Source: a virus (lineage: Duplodnaviria; Caudoviricetes). From it: 64,000 nucleotides of DNA. The notes beneath the pieces were generated by a model. It was not told where the DNA came from and ran no database searches. It saw only the letters and a list, made by a program, of their open reading frames with translations. The position numbers and the translations under genes are program-made. Positions 1 to 10,334 of this stretch are shown here, one piece after another; positions within the stretch are counted from its first letter, which is position 1, and every line of letters starts with the position of its first letter. The stretch is from the IMG/VR virus record IMGVR_UViG_3300045391_005020, one strand, 5' to 3'.

Positions 1-447
1 GCCGCTGGTAGTGGCCGCGAACGTGATGGTATGGTCTCCCATCGCGAGCGTGTTCGCGTTCTGGACGTTGATATCGGTCAGGGTCAGGTCGTCATTCAGA
101 GTAACGGTGCCGACGCCATTTTCGTAAATCGCTAACCCGCGGATGGATTGTCCAGCCGACGTGATGGAGCCGGCGGTGTAGAAGATGACACCTGGCGAAT
201 TGACCATCGTCATTCCGGACGAGAGGGTCAGGTTTCCGCGCATCGCGAAGCCGGTGCCACCCGGATCGAACGAGCCGGTGAAGCCGGTGAAGTCGATGTT
301 TTTGCCGAGCGCCGTATCGCTCAGGGTGATGGGATTCGATCCCGTGACGATGACGTTATCGGTGTCCTGGTCGGGAACCCCGTTGGTCCAATTAGCAGCG
401 GTCTGCCAGTCGGTATCGAACGCACCTGTCCAAGAAGTTGTAGTCAT
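1..447 (-). CDS. N-terminal part of a Gly/Thr-rich beta-repeat virion or adhesin-like protein (runs off the window edge)
   Basis: ATG at 447; open frame MTTTSWTGAFDTDWQTAANWTNGVPD... with a W-x-x-A-A-N-W start typical of beta-helix surface proteins. Not in the ORF track because it is truncated. Confidence 0.6.
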   Translation of the reverse strand, partial: MTTTSWTGAFDTDWQTAANWTNGVPDQDTDNVIVTGSNPITLSDTALGKNIDFTGFTGSFDPGGTGFAMRGNLTLSSGMTMVNSPGVIFYTAGSITSAGQSIRGLAIYENGVGTVTLNDDLTLTDINVQNANTLAMGDHTITFAATTSG

Positions 448-535
448 CTGCTGTCCCGTCGGTCGCAAACAAGCGCGACCCAACGTGGATTATAACAGGC
501 AGATAAGACTACTGGACCGAAACAGATCTAAGGTC

Positions 536-1225
536 TTAGGCCAGAACCTTGAGGTCGGTCTGGATCAGCAGGATGGTATCGGTTGCCGCGATACCGACCT
601 TTGAGGCCGCGGTCACGACTTCCAGATCCGGGGCCGCAGCGCTGTAACGGCCGGGTGTGGCGGTTAGCCAATAGGTGGCGCCGGGCGTTAGGGTTGCGGC
701 GCCGGTCAGGAGAGTCCAGTCCGAGAGCTCGAGCTGCTGGCCCGGTTTCAAGACTACACCTTCTTCGGTCGCGAGCGTATCTTCGGCTATCAGGCCGATC
801 ACTTGGTACTGGTCAGACGCCACGTCCGCGGCGGCATATTCGAGCCCGGACGCAGTGGTCCGAACCGCATGACCCTGCAAGAGAGCTGATGCGGCGGTCA
901 CGCTCAGGGAACCGTCGCCGGCCGGAATCGTGGTGAGACCCGAATCGGTCTGGATCCGGAGGACGACGCCCGAGATCGTGTCTTCGAGCCACACGTCACC
1001 GGTCACCGGCGAAGCGGGCGCGCTGCTCAGGATGTTGAACCACAACCGGCCATCGCCTTTGATCTGGTGGACCGGGACGCCGGCGTTGCGCCATTCGTCC
1101 ATGACGGCCCCGTCATCGAGCGTGATCAGGGTCGTGGTGGTTTCGGCTACCCCGGAACTGCTGGCGAGTTCTGAGATGTTCTTGAGACCGTTGAGCGAGG
1201 TCCCGTGATTCCTACGGACAGTCAT
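536..1225 (-). CDS. putative virion structural or decoration protein
   Basis: 229 aa; C-terminal YAAAD...VIGL...LTPGATYWL...VGIA pattern resembles capsid cement/tail-associated beta domains. Confidence 0.45.
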   Translation of the reverse strand: MTVRRNHGTSLNGLKNISELASSSGVAETTTTLITLDDGAVMDEWRNAGVPVHQIKGDGRLWFNILSSAPASPVTGDVWLEDTISGVVLRIQTDSGLTTIPAGDGSLSVTAASALLQGHAVRTTASGLEYAAADVASDQYQVIGLIAEDTLATEEGVVLKPGQQLELSDWTLLTGAATLTPGATYWLTATPGRYSAAAPDLEVVTAASKVGIAATDTILLIQTDLKVLA

Positions 1226-1234
1226 TCCCTAAGG

Positions 1235-2602
1235 TTACGGGGCGGAATCTGGCCCGCCAGCCGCGTCACGTCCGGTCCAGTATTGCTGGAGGGCCAGGGA
1301 TGAGCAGCGCTCCTGGAACTGGGCCCCGGTGTCGCCGTCTCCGGCAGCCACGCAATCCTCGACGAGGTCTGGGCAGCATTCCAGGATACGGCGCGCGATC
1401 TTGTAGCGGCCGTCGCGAGACAGAGCGCCGAGTTCGATCACGCGGTCGATGCGGCCCGGCCGGGAAGACATCGAGCCGTCCTGGGTCTTGGAGGCGAGGG
1501 CGGGATCGACGGTTTCGATATGGTTGGTGGTGATGATCGTGAAGATCCCTTCGGCGGATTCGACACCAGAGATCGCGTTCAGGAGGCAGTCGAAGGTGAG
1601 CCCGCCCCCGGATTCACCCAGGAGGTTTTCGCGGCCCTCGAAGACCGCGTCGATGTCTTCAATCAGTACCACCGCCGGCGACTGTGCGAGCGCCGTGGTC
1701 CAAGCGTTGATGAACTCTTTGTTGGACATCGAGGCGATGTCCATGATGTAAACCGGAAGATCCAGTTCCTGGGCGAGTGCTTTTACGCACGAGGTCTTGC
1801 CGGTGCCGGGCTTGCCGTGCAGGAGCCAGCCGCGGCGCCACGGAATCTGGCGATCCGCGTACCACTTCTTCGAATCGATCCAGCGGCGTGCTTCCTCGAT
1901 CGCGACTTCCATCGCGGGCGGAAGAGCCAGATAGCTGAACGGTTCCGAAACCGAGACCTGGGGCCCGAGCTCCTCGGGCTTCCACGTGAGGGGGCGGTTC
2001 TCCATCACGTCGTCGAGCCCCATGCTGGACGGAGAACGTAAGCGAGGACCGTCATCGTCGTCGCGGTCGCTGATCATCTTGCGGCCACCAGAGCCAACGC
2101 AGCGGCGGATTGCGAAACGCTTTCCGGCGCCTTCATAGTAGTGGTCGTTCAAGTGCGTGCCCTGCATGTACTGGTTCAACGCCTTGAAGGCGCGCTCGAG
2201 TAAGGCCTCGACTTGGAAGGTGCCGCGGATGAACGTCACGGTGGTCCGGAGATGGCCGTGATCCTTGTCGAGTGGTGCTGATACCACGATAGGGCGCCAG
2301 CCGTCCCAGAACAACGCGGCCTTCTCGGGAAACTGTTCGAACCCGACGGCTTGCTTGCGATCGAGCGGACGCACGTGCATGACGGTTCCGGTAAATTTCC
2401 GGAAGGCGCCGTGGGAACTCTGGAACTCATGCCAGCACAGACGGCCGATCGCCTGAGCGGCGTATCCGACGACTTCCACCCGGATGACCAGGAGACCGAG
2501 CGCGCGTTCGAGCATACCTTTGATGTGACCCCAGCACGCCATCACGACGCCGAGGGCGAGGCCTCCACCAAAAACTCCAGACATGCTGGCAAGATCAATC
2601 AT
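1235..2602 (-). CDS. BCS1-like AAA+ ATPase
   Basis: N-terminal TM segment, WRRGWLLHGKPGTGKT (Walker A), LIEDID (Walker B), LLNAISG, TTNH, RPGRID. Confidence 0.85.
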   Translation of the reverse strand: MIDLASMSGVFGGGLALGVVMACWGHIKGMLERALGLLVIRVEVVGYAAQAIGRLCWHEFQSSHGAFRKFTGTVMHVRPLDRKQAVGFEQFPEKAALFWDGWRPIVVSAPLDKDHGHLRTTVTFIRGTFQVEALLERAFKALNQYMQGTHLNDHYYEGAGKRFAIRRCVGSGGRKMISDRDDDDGPRLRSPSSMGLDDVMENRPLTWKPEELGPQVSVSEPFSYLALPPAMEVAIEEARRWIDSKKWYADRQIPWRRGWLLHGKPGTGKTSCVKALAQELDLPVYIMDIASMSNKEFINAWTTALAQSPAVVLIEDIDAVFEGRENLLGESGGGLTFDCLLNAISGVESAEGIFTIITTNHIETVDPALASKTQDGSMSSRPGRIDRVIELGALSRDGRYKIARRILECCPDLVEDCVAAGDGDTGAQFQERCSSLALQQYWTGRDAAGGPDSAP

Positions 2603-3009
2603 GTGCGCTCCGCCAAGAACGACTCGTAGTGTTCGATGGCTTTCTTGAGATCACGCGGGTCGAACCAGAGCGTTGGTCCGCGCAGGACGTGACCGTAATC
2701 CCGGACCCCGCAGTCGGTGGTGCCGATCAGGATCACGAGCCGGTTGAGATGGAATTCATCGGTCTCGGACTCCCAGGTGAGTTCGAAGTCGTCCTCGTTG
2801 CGGGTCACGTGCGGAACCACGAGTTCGATTCCGAGCTGCAGGCACGAGAGGGCGAATTGACGGAACCACATCTTGGCATCCTGGACCGCCTCGGGCGGAA
2901 CCGGTGCCGCATAGACTTCGAAGTCGTCGGCCAGGACGGCGGCTTCGCGCCGGATCGCCTGGTCCACATCCGCTATCTTTTGGGTCGTCTCGTCGAGGCC
3001 GTCTGGCAT
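2599..3009 (-). CDS. hypothetical protein
   Basis: 136 aa; stop overlaps the start of the ATPase gene. Confidence 0.6.
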   Translation of the reverse strand: MPDGLDETTQKIADVDQAIRREAAVLADDFEVYAAPVPPEAVQDAKMWFRQFALSCLQLGIELVVPHVTRNEDDFELTWESETDEFHLNRLVILIGTTDCGVRDYGHVLRGPTLWFDPRDLKKAIEHYESFLAERT

Positions 3010-3224
3010 GATCGAGACAATATGATTGACTAGATGACAGTACAGTAAATTTTACCGCTGTTCCCAGGACTCCCGTTCGAGGCGCCGGCGTTCGGCTTCG
3101 GCGTGCCGGTACAGGGTCTCGAATTCGTTGGAACGATCCGCGAGCCACTTGTTAGTGGAGCGCAGCAGCAGGATCCAGGTGACCAAGGAGCCGATAACGA
3201 GCAGGAGCGCAAACAAGATCCAAA

Positions 3225-3464
3225 TCATCGTGCACTCAGCTCTTTCTCACCATCTTGGGTTAGGGCCCAGCCGGAGCCAACTTGGACGACCAGCTTGTAG
3301 GATTCGAGACGCTCGAGGGTCGTCTTGATCGAGTTTATGTAGCGCCAATTCTGGTTCGGACCCTCTTCGGTTTCGGGCCAGATGTACTCGACGATCTCCG
3401 GAACGGTCGTGAAGCGGTGAGAGAGTGCCTCCAGGATCGCGAGTTCGTTCTGAGTCAGGTTCAT
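3225..3464 (-). CDS. winged-helix-like small protein
   Basis: MNLTQNELAILEAL...TVPEI...IKTTLERLESYKLV pattern; ATG at 3464 coupled to the upstream gene. Confidence 0.5.
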   Translation of the reverse strand: MNLTQNELAILEALSHRFTTVPEIVEYIWPETEEGPNQNWRYINSIKTTLERLESYKLVVQVGSGWALTQDGEKELSAR

Positions 3465-3799
3465 GGTTCGTCCTTGTTCTTGCCGGTCAGGAGCCACACG
3501 TGGCACACTTCGAGTCGGGCGGCCTGTTGAATCACGCCCATGATCGCGCTCTCGCGCTGCTCGGTTACGGTCGCCTTGGTGTAGCGGTGGAACCGGTCCA
3601 GGAAGATCGCGATCTCGTCGTCGACCGTCTGGCGGTTAATCTTGCCCTTCTCCCAGCGGTCAGCGAGCACCAGGTAGAGCCGGACGGCGACCATCAGGAG
3701 TCCGATCTGGAGCGGTGTGTCGAGATTCTTCGACACCACCAGCATGGCCTCGGCTTGCCGGCGCAGGATCGCCGGCGACAGATCGTCCGTCACGTTCAT
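3461..3799 (-). CDS. hypothetical protein
   Basis: 112 aa, translationally coupled on both sides. Confidence 0.6.
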   Translation of the reverse strand: MNVTDDLSPAILRRQAEAMLVVSKNLDTPLQIGLLMVAVRLYLVLADRWEKGKINRQTVDDEIAIFLDRFHRYTKATVTEQRESAIMGVIQQAARLEVCHVWLLTGKNKDEP

Positions 3800-4005
3800 T
3801 CGCCAGCGAGATACTTGATGGACCGCTTGGTTACCTGCGCGGCCTTGCGGAGCAGTTTCATAGACGGATTGGAGCGCTGACCGGACTCGATCAGGCTCAG
3901 GTAGGATGTCGAGATTCCCAGCAGAGCGGCGAACTCGGTCTGGTTCTTCTTCATCCGTTGGCGTTGCGCTTGCCAGCGCTTACCGATGACGTTGTCGTCT
4001 GACAT
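3796..4005 (-). CDS. XRE/Cro-C1 HTH transcriptional regulator
   Basis: NQTEFAALLGISTSYLSLIESGQRSNPS is a classic HTH_3 motif; likely start MSDDN at 4005. Confidence 0.9.
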   Translation of the reverse strand: MSDDNVIGKRWQAQRQRMKKNQTEFAALLGISTSYLSLIESGQRSNPSMKLLRKAAQVTKRSIKYLAGE

Positions 4006-4006
4006 C

Positions 4007-6974
4007 TTATTTGGCGCTCCTGCGCGCTTTGGGTTTCGGCTTTCGCGCGGCAACCGGGATGAGCGGCAGCGAGAAGATTCCGAGTTCTTTGAGTCGGTCT
4101 TGAATCGAGGAGATGCGGCGCCGGTCGACGTCGTTCAGCTTGGCGCCTGCGGTCAGGTCACAGATCAGGAGCGCCATGTCGGCAGCCAGGATCGACAGAT
4201 TCGGCGCGGACTTGGGCGGTTCCGGGAGCGTGGCGACCAAGTGCTCGACCGGCGTCGGGGTCGCGGCATCCGGCGGGACCGGAACTTTGGCGCGGCGATC
4301 GTTGATCGGTTTCTGGTCTGGCTTTGTTTCGACCTTCGCCTTCGGGCGAACGACCAGCGAAGTCGCGGCGTTGAACTCGTGGTGGATCTGGGTGAGCCCG
4401 ATCTCGTGCCGCACGCCGTCGCCTGACCACTTGCCTGACTGGTGGTTGTACTTCGGGATCTTGGTGTGGAGCGCCTGCATCCCGTACTTGTCGACCGTGT
4501 AGGCAACCCAGCCCAGGTCGTGGTGCGACCAGTCCATTACGGGTTCCCTTTGAATGCGCGCGATAGCTGCACAGCCGAGAGGGCGATGACCAGGACCGCG
4601 GTAGCAGATCCGACCCCGAGGCTGATCCAGCCCGTTCGGGTCATGGCGCCGTCCGGTCCCGACAGGGCCAAGAACACCAGGAAGGACAGATTCATGAGCA
4701 CGACGGCCCAGGTGACAAAGCGAGCGAGATTCATCGACGGCCTTTCTGAGGCTTGAGCCAAGAAGCGATAAATTCAGTGGTGAGGAGCCAGATGAAGGTC
4801 ATGGCTGCCAACGCGGTGATGGAGGCCGCGATGGTCTGGACCCAGAGCGGTCCGCCGAACACGTAGATTCCCCACACGCTGCAGAGTCCGCCCTCGAGCA
4901 GATGTTTGAGGCGCAGCCGCCAGGTGCCGACACCGTCGTGGATCACATCGCACGCAACCCCGAGACCCCACGTGATGATCCACGTGACGTACAGGGCGGT
5001 CTGGGTCGGAGGCATTGAGTCCAACACGCTCGCGAGCGCGATCGAGGCGATCGAAATCGCCATCAGGATTGGACCAATCAGGTTCAGCTTCAGTTTCATG
5101 TCGGTTCTCCATTAAAAGTCGGGTGCTGGATCGAGGTCGCCATCAAAGCCAACAGCGGTTCGCCGCCGGCCGCACTGGCGATCTGGATCGAGGTAAGGCC
5201 CATGAAAGCCTTGAGGATGCGGTTGAATTCGAGAAGTCGGTTCGGGGCCCGGAACTCCACGTCGCTCAGCAGGATCGCGATCTCGGGCGGAGGCGCGAAC
5301 ATGCGCCCGTAGAAGTACATGGAGTTGTAAGCGCCGGTGGTGTCGAACGGCGGAAGCGTGTCGCGTTCGACGTCGATCATGATGTTTCCGGTCCCGATCC
5401 AGTGATCGAGGCGCACGACGGCGCGCTGACCTGCGAACTGATGTTCCAGGAACGCCTTGATCTCGTTAGCCGAGGCGGTCTCGATGACTGGGCAAAGAAG
5501 TTCACCGACGCCGGTGATCTGCGGGACGGACAGCATGCTTAGGCCTGGGCCGCTCCTTCGGCCGGCGCGGCTTCGGGGGCCGCGGCAGCAGGGGCTTCCT
5601 CAGTTTTCTTGCTCTTGGCGAGTTTGGCTTCCAGGTACGCGATCTTCTCGTCGTCGGTCATGCGGCGCAGCCCGATCTCGGCGAACTGCTCGTCCGACAT
5701 CTCGAGGATGTTCGAACCAGGGTTCATGAACACGAGATCGCACGAGCCGCCGAACATGCCTTTGATCTGCTTGTAGGCGGTCGCCTTGTTGGACACGCCC
5801 CACACGAAGACGATGCGCTTGTTGTTGTCGCCGACGAGCATGGAAAGTTTCATTCTGGATCCTGTGGTTGTGGACGAGTTGAGGGTACTGGGTCAGGAAG
5901 TTCGGTCGGAGTCACGATCGTGATCTCAGGCTGTTCCTCGATGATCTTCTGGGCGGTCGCGCCGATCTCTTCGACCTCGTGGTCTTCCAAGTCGGCCGAG
6001 TAATCCGCGATCTTCGAGGTGTCGACGACGCTGCCGTCGGCGAGCTGATAGAGACCGCTCCCAACCTTCTTCGCGAAGGCGATCCGGGGGTCGTACGGCT
6101 TGCGCTTCGCCGCGAGTTCGCAGCGCTTCTCGTACGTCAGCTCTTTGCCGTCGTCGCCGACCGGCGCCCGAACGGTCTGTTCGGAGTCGACCATGTGGGT
6201 ACCGCGCAACAGCAGGTTGTTCCGGTACGCAGAGAGCGACTGCTGGAGCTTGTGGCTCTTGATCTGCTGGATGTGTGCGATCGGGTCGATGCCCAACGGA
6301 TCGAAGCCGAGCGGATCTTTACTCATCGGTCTTCTCGGCTTCCTCGGTGAGCTTTTTGAATTCTTCGCTGTAGTACTCGCGGACGACCGCCTGGAGCCGG
6401 CGGTACGTGATGAGCGCCCGGATCGTCAGGTAGGTGATCCGCGCGAGCGTGTAACCGAACAACACGACGGTCCCGATCAGCAGGAGCGAGCTTCCGGTTT
6501 CGACCGAGGTAGCGATGACGCTCATTCGATGATCCTGGTATCGATGTCGTCTTGGCTGACCGGTTCGAGCATCGTCTCGGTCTCGATGTCGTTCTGGCAG
6601 ACCTTCCGGGGTCCGCAGGTCCGGTGGCAGCACTTCACTTTGCGGTTGATGCGCCGGATGTCGTACACGACGCCCGCGAACGCGATGACCAGGAGAGCAG
6701 CGAGGATGTAGTACAGCACGTTATTTCCTCCAGTCGTTCCAGAACAGCTTCACCACCGATCCGATGAAGATCAGGGCGGCTGAACCAACGAAGACCCAGT
6801 ACACGGTCACGATTACTTCCGGGTGTACCGACGGGTGACGCGCTTGGCCGGAACTTTGGCCGGGACCATGCGGCGATACGCCGCGCGGATCAGGTGGATG
6901 AGCACGCCGAACAGGGCGCCCAGGCACGCGCCCGTAGCGACGAAAAACAGGCCTTTAAGCAGGATCGGGGACAT
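4007..6974 (-). other. run of small hypothetical and membrane genes (4007-4537, 4537-4761, 4731-5099, 5096-5536, 5539-5853, 5850-6326, and short TM ORFs up to ~6974)
   Basis: Abutting or overlapping minus-strand ORFs with coupled starts and stops; several are hydrophobic. Confidence 0.55.
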
Positions 6975-7064
6975 GTGGGTTTCCGTTGTTGGTTTGTACA
7001 ACCCACGATAGCCAGGTTTACTCGTAGTCAAGACAATGGACTTGACTCATATGTAAAAATAAGG

Positions 7065-7089
7065 AACCCCGGGCTTTTCGGCCCGGGGC
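7065..7089. terminator. GC-rich hairpin, probable terminator
   Basis: CCCCGGGC-TTTTCG-GCCCGGGG. Confidence 0.55.
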
Positions 7090-7458
7090 TCACAATTACC
7101 AATCCAACAACAAGTTAAACCAATCCAACCTGGTCGAAATTACCTACGCAGGGAGAGCGGTCAAACGTCGTCCTCTGTTATATTTCCGCTTGCTTCTGTG
7201 CTTTCCAGGGCATCCAGCGGATCCCTGTGGGGTTTGAGCGCCGGCACAAGGGGACTTTCCTCGGCGGCTGCGTAGATCGCCTCGATCCAGGCCATCGCCC
7301 CGAGACCGTGGTGGATCCTGACCAAAACCCGTATCTTGCACCCCAGGCAGGTGCCTGCTCCATGACAGATACACGTCTTCATACCAAGTCGATTGTGACG
7401 ATCCGGGAACGAAAGTCACGCGCCAGCTTGAGACCCCGTTTCCCGGCTGGGAAACCCA

Positions 7459-7475
7459 ACTGTGGAACAATTCTT
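7459..7475. repeat. trailer arm of the 17-bp inverted repeat bracketing the tRNA region
   Basis: actgtggaacaattctt is the exact reverse complement of 18712-18728. Confidence 0.85.
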
Positions 7476-7479
7476 TAAG

Positions 7480-7550
7480 TGGCACAGCCCCCAGGTATTG
7501 CACCTGGCCCGCCGGATTTGGAGTTCGGCGCCTCCCTTGGAGAAGGCCAT
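7480..7550 (-). tRNA. tRNA-Trp(CCA), atypical short D-arm
   Basis: Anticodon loop CTCCAAA; T-arm CCAGG-TGCAATA-CCTGG; encoded CCA; weak acceptor stem. Confidence 0.7.
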
Positions 7551-7556
7551 ATGGAA

Positions 7557-7631
7557 TGGTCCGCGCACAGGGAATTGAACCCCGATTCCCTCCTTATCAG
7601 AGAGGTGTCCTGACCGTTGGACGATACGCGA
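7557..7631 (-). tRNA. tRNA-Ile(GAT)
   Basis: CCTCT-CTGATAA-GGAGG; TTCAATT T-loop; CCA. Confidence 0.85.
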
Positions 7632-7638
7632 GTGAAGA

Positions 7639-7713
7639 TGGTGCTCAGCCAGGGAATTGCACCCCAGTCCCACCCATACCAAGGGCGTGTACTGCTGACT
7701 GTACTAGCAGAGC
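7639..7713 (-). tRNA. tRNA-Thr(GGT)
   Basis: CGCCC-TTGGTAT-GGGTG; CCA. Confidence 0.85.
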
Positions 7714-7781
7714 GTGAAACAGCGTCGTAAAGCAAGCGCGTTGCTTCGTGACAATAGACTTGACCAGGACACGATGCGTGC

Positions 7782-8081
7782 GTGATCGATGAAGAATTTG
7801 TAATCGTCGACGGCTCTGTCGAGTCGCCCCTGTTGACCGCTGAGGAGGCTGCGGCCTATCTGCGCTGTCACCCCAAGACGCTTGGTAAGCGTGGGGTGCC
7901 ATATGTCGACCTGGGGCATCGATCACACTTCTACCGGAAAGAGGACCTCGATGCTTGGATCGCGCAGCGGCTCAAGAAGCCGCTCGCATCCGCGCCGGCG
8001 CGCGTGGATGTCCTGGCGCTCGAGCCCGTGCGCGAGTACCTGCCGAAGCGCCGGAAGCGCGCTACGAGTCGAGCTTCCTGA
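7782..8081 (+). CDS. excisionase-like HTH (MerR/HTH_17) protein
   Basis: LLTAEEAAAYLRCHPKTL...YRKEDLDAWI; convergent with the integrase; has its own promoter motif at 7751. Confidence 0.85.
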   Translation: MIDEEFVIVDGSVESPLLTAEEAAAYLRCHPKTLGKRGVPYVDLGHRSHFYRKEDLDAWIAQRLKKPLASAPARVDVLALEPVREYLPKRRKRATSRAS

Positions 8082-9396
8082 CCACTTCCCTGAACACCGT
8101 GCGCGACGGGTGCGCGTATCGCTCGGTGAGCTTCGTCGAGCTGTGTCCCATGAGTCCCTGGATGTGGTAGATGTCCACGTCCTTCTCGGTCAACCGGGTG
8201 GCGTACGTATGGCGCAGATCGTGGATCCTGAGCGTCGGTTTTCCGAGTTCCTCCCGGACTCGTTCCCACGCCTTGCGGAGCCCGACGGCCGGGCGTGGCC
8301 CGAACCGCTGTTCTTCCGCGGCGAGCCGCATCTTCACTGCTTCTTCGCGGGTCAAGAAAACCCCGAGGTACTTGGGGCGACCGCCGCGGCCACTCCCGAT
8401 CTCGGCGCGGTACCGGATGGCGCCGCCCTTCTGGCGCACCTTGCGGACGCCGAGGATTTGTCCGCCAGGAACCGATCGCTTCGGGAGCCGCGTGTTGCGC
8501 TCGCGATCGAGCCGAGACAGGGTGCCAGCGTGCCACGGAAAGATTGGCTCGGCGGCGCGGGCCTGGGCGACCTGCTTCAACTCCGCGACCGTGGCGACAC
8601 CGGCGCGACGCAGCAGCATGTCGATCGTTCGGTTCCGGAGCGGAACCTCGCGCATCTTATGGTTCTTGGTCACGTACCCCAGCAGACGCACGAACGGCTC
8701 GAGCTTCTCGGTGAACAGGATCGAGCTCCACGTGAGCGCCAAACCTTCACGCCGCCGCGCGCCCGTATCCATCAAGAGCATCGCGTAGTCGCGCAGGTCG
8801 GGCGTTGGCTCGCACAGCGCCAGCAACCGATCCGCTTCGGCCTCGCTCAGGGCCAGGTAGTTCGCAACCCCGACCGGCACCTTTTTGAATTCCGGAACCG
8901 GCATCCCGGCTCCCCAAAACTTGTTCGCGTACCGGCACACCACCGTGACGTTCATGAGCGTGGTGTTCACCGTGTTGGGGGCCAAGCCGGCCGCCAGCAT
9001 GGCGCGTTTGAAATCGCTCAGGCGCTCGGTGGTCACCGCGGTCAGCGGCGTCTTCTCGCCCAGGAACTCGACGATCCGGCCGAACAGAGACGCGCGGGTT
9101 GCCAAGGACTGCTTGTAGGGTCGATCGTGGTAGCAGGGGGCCACCACCTCGACCAGGTAGTCGTCGAACGCTTTCTTGACCGTCAGAGCCGAGCGCTCCG
9201 GCGGTGCCACGGTCACGGCCATGATCGGCACATGCTGGGCCTGGTCGCGCGCCGCCTTCCGGAGATTCACCTTCCACTCGTCCTCGAACTCGCGCGCGTC
9301 GTTCTTGGTCGGGAAGCCGCGCCGCGTGAAGCGTTGGTTCTTAAACTCGAACTGGACGTAGTAGGAATCGGTGCGTTTGTCGAAGCAGGCAGACAT
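8062..9396 (-). CDS. int: tyrosine integrase with an N-terminal arm-binding domain and an internal AP2-like insertion
   Basis: Catalytic motifs TGARRRE, TKN, HDLRH, MGHSS, TERY; N-terminal YYVQF...RRGFPTKNDARE. Confidence 0.93.
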   Translation of the reverse strand: MSACFDKRTDSYYVQFEFKNQRFTRRGFPTKNDAREFEDEWKVNLRKAARDQAQHVPIMAVTVAPPERSALTVKKAFDDYLVEVVAPCYHDRPYKQSLATRASLFGRIVEFLGEKTPLTAVTTERLSDFKRAMLAAGLAPNTVNTTLMNVTVVCRYANKFWGAGMPVPEFKKVPVGVANYLALSEAEADRLLALCEPTPDLRDYAMLLMDTGARRREGLALTWSSILFTEKLEPFVRLLGYVTKNHKMREVPLRNRTIDMLLRRAGVATVAELKQVAQARAAEPIFPWHAGTLSRLDRERNTRLPKRSVPGGQILGVRKVRQKGGAIRYRAEIGSGRGGRPKYLGVFLTREEAVKMRLAAEEQRFGPRPAVGLRKAWERVREELGKPTLRIHDLRHTYATRLTEKDVDIYHIQGLMGHSSTKLTERYAHPSRTVFREVVRKLDS

Positions 9397-9412
9397 GCTA
9401 TTTCTCCCATTG

Positions 9413-9765
9413 GTGTCACTACGGACTCACAGCACTTGGTCACCTGCAAGCCACCGTACCCCCTTTGGGTGCAATTCAAAATAGCGACTGATTGGTTTCG
9501 TTCGATGGTGTCATACACTCGGTATTTACCGATATTCTGTGCATTCCGTGCAGGCGATCCGATCATCGTAACAATAGATTTTAACCAGTGTTAAAACCCA
9601 TCTTTCGTAATTCAGATAGCCACGGTTCGATTAAATTCCCCAACCGCAGCCATTTGCACGACTTGTACCTAACAAAACCGTCTAGCTACTACTCCCGTTC
9701 GAAATCATAAAGGTAGTAAAAGGAGCGATGCGGACTCGCCGGTCACCTGCAAAGTCACCTGCAAA
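9413..9765. mobile_element. putative attP (arm-type repeats flanking an AT-rich core)
   Basis: GTCACCTGCAA at 9439-9449, 9742-9752 and 9754-9764; non-coding, immediately upstream of int. Confidence 0.6.
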
Positions 9766-9793
9766 CTACTGGGTTTATGGATGAAAAACGAAG

Positions 9794-9865
9794 TGCCCAA
9801 GAGAGGGATCGCACCTCCGACCTTTCGCTTACGAAGCGACTGCTCTACTGCTGAGCTACTCGGGC
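9794..9865 (-). tRNA. tRNA-Thr(CGT), no encoded CCA
   Basis: GTCGC-TTCGTAA-GCGAA; full cloverleaf. Confidence 0.85.
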
Positions 9866-9912
9866 GCATGGGCCGCATCGTGCTCAAACGACGCCACGCG
9901 TCTAGGGGTGAC

Positions 9913-9987
9913 TGGTGCCCACGGCCACGAATCGCACGAGCGTCTCCTGAGTACAAAACAGGTGTCCTGCTACTGGACGACGCGGGC
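9913..9987 (-). tRNA. tRNA-Thr(TGT)
   Basis: Anticodon loop TTTGTAC; CCA. Confidence 0.8.
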
Positions 9988-9993
9988 ATTGAA

Positions 9994-10069
9994 TGGACTA
10001 CGCGATCGGTGCTGCCCCGACTTGGTCCTGCTTGGAAGGCAGGCGATCTGCTAGATGACCCACGCGTAG
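9994..10069 (-). tRNA. tRNA-Gly(TCC)
   Basis: CCTGC-CTTCCAA-GCAGG; U73; CCA; T-loop GGCAGCA. Confidence 0.85.
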
Positions 10070-10076
10070 GTGAAAG

Positions 10077-10334
10077 TTAGATTGGTTCGCCGTGCAGCTG
10101 AATCAGCGCATGGCATCGATGGGTGAGTTCGAAGCACGCCATCGCGGTCTGGTTGGCGACCTCATGGGGAACGTAGAGACGACCCCGTTCGGGATCGAAG
10201 TGCGCGCCGCGCAGCCACGGCATCTCGGTTAGGATCGGAACACCGATCGCCATCAGCTCGTCGTAGGTGAGCCAGTACCGGTACGGCCAGCTCAGAGTGG
10301 CGGGTGCTTCAGGTGTCTCTTGGCCGTCGGGCAT
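10077..10334 (-). CDS. hypothetical protein
   Basis: 85 aa ORF inside the tRNA region. Confidence 0.5.
   Translation of the reverse strand: MPDGQETPEAPATLSWPYRYWLTYDELMAIGVPILTEMPWLRGAHFDPERGRLYVPHEVANQTAMACFELTHRCHALIQLHGEPI

Noticed and set aside
7882-9594. 570-aa plus-strand ORF
   Set aside because: Antisense shadow of the integrase, expected from GC-rich codon bias; no recognisable motifs.
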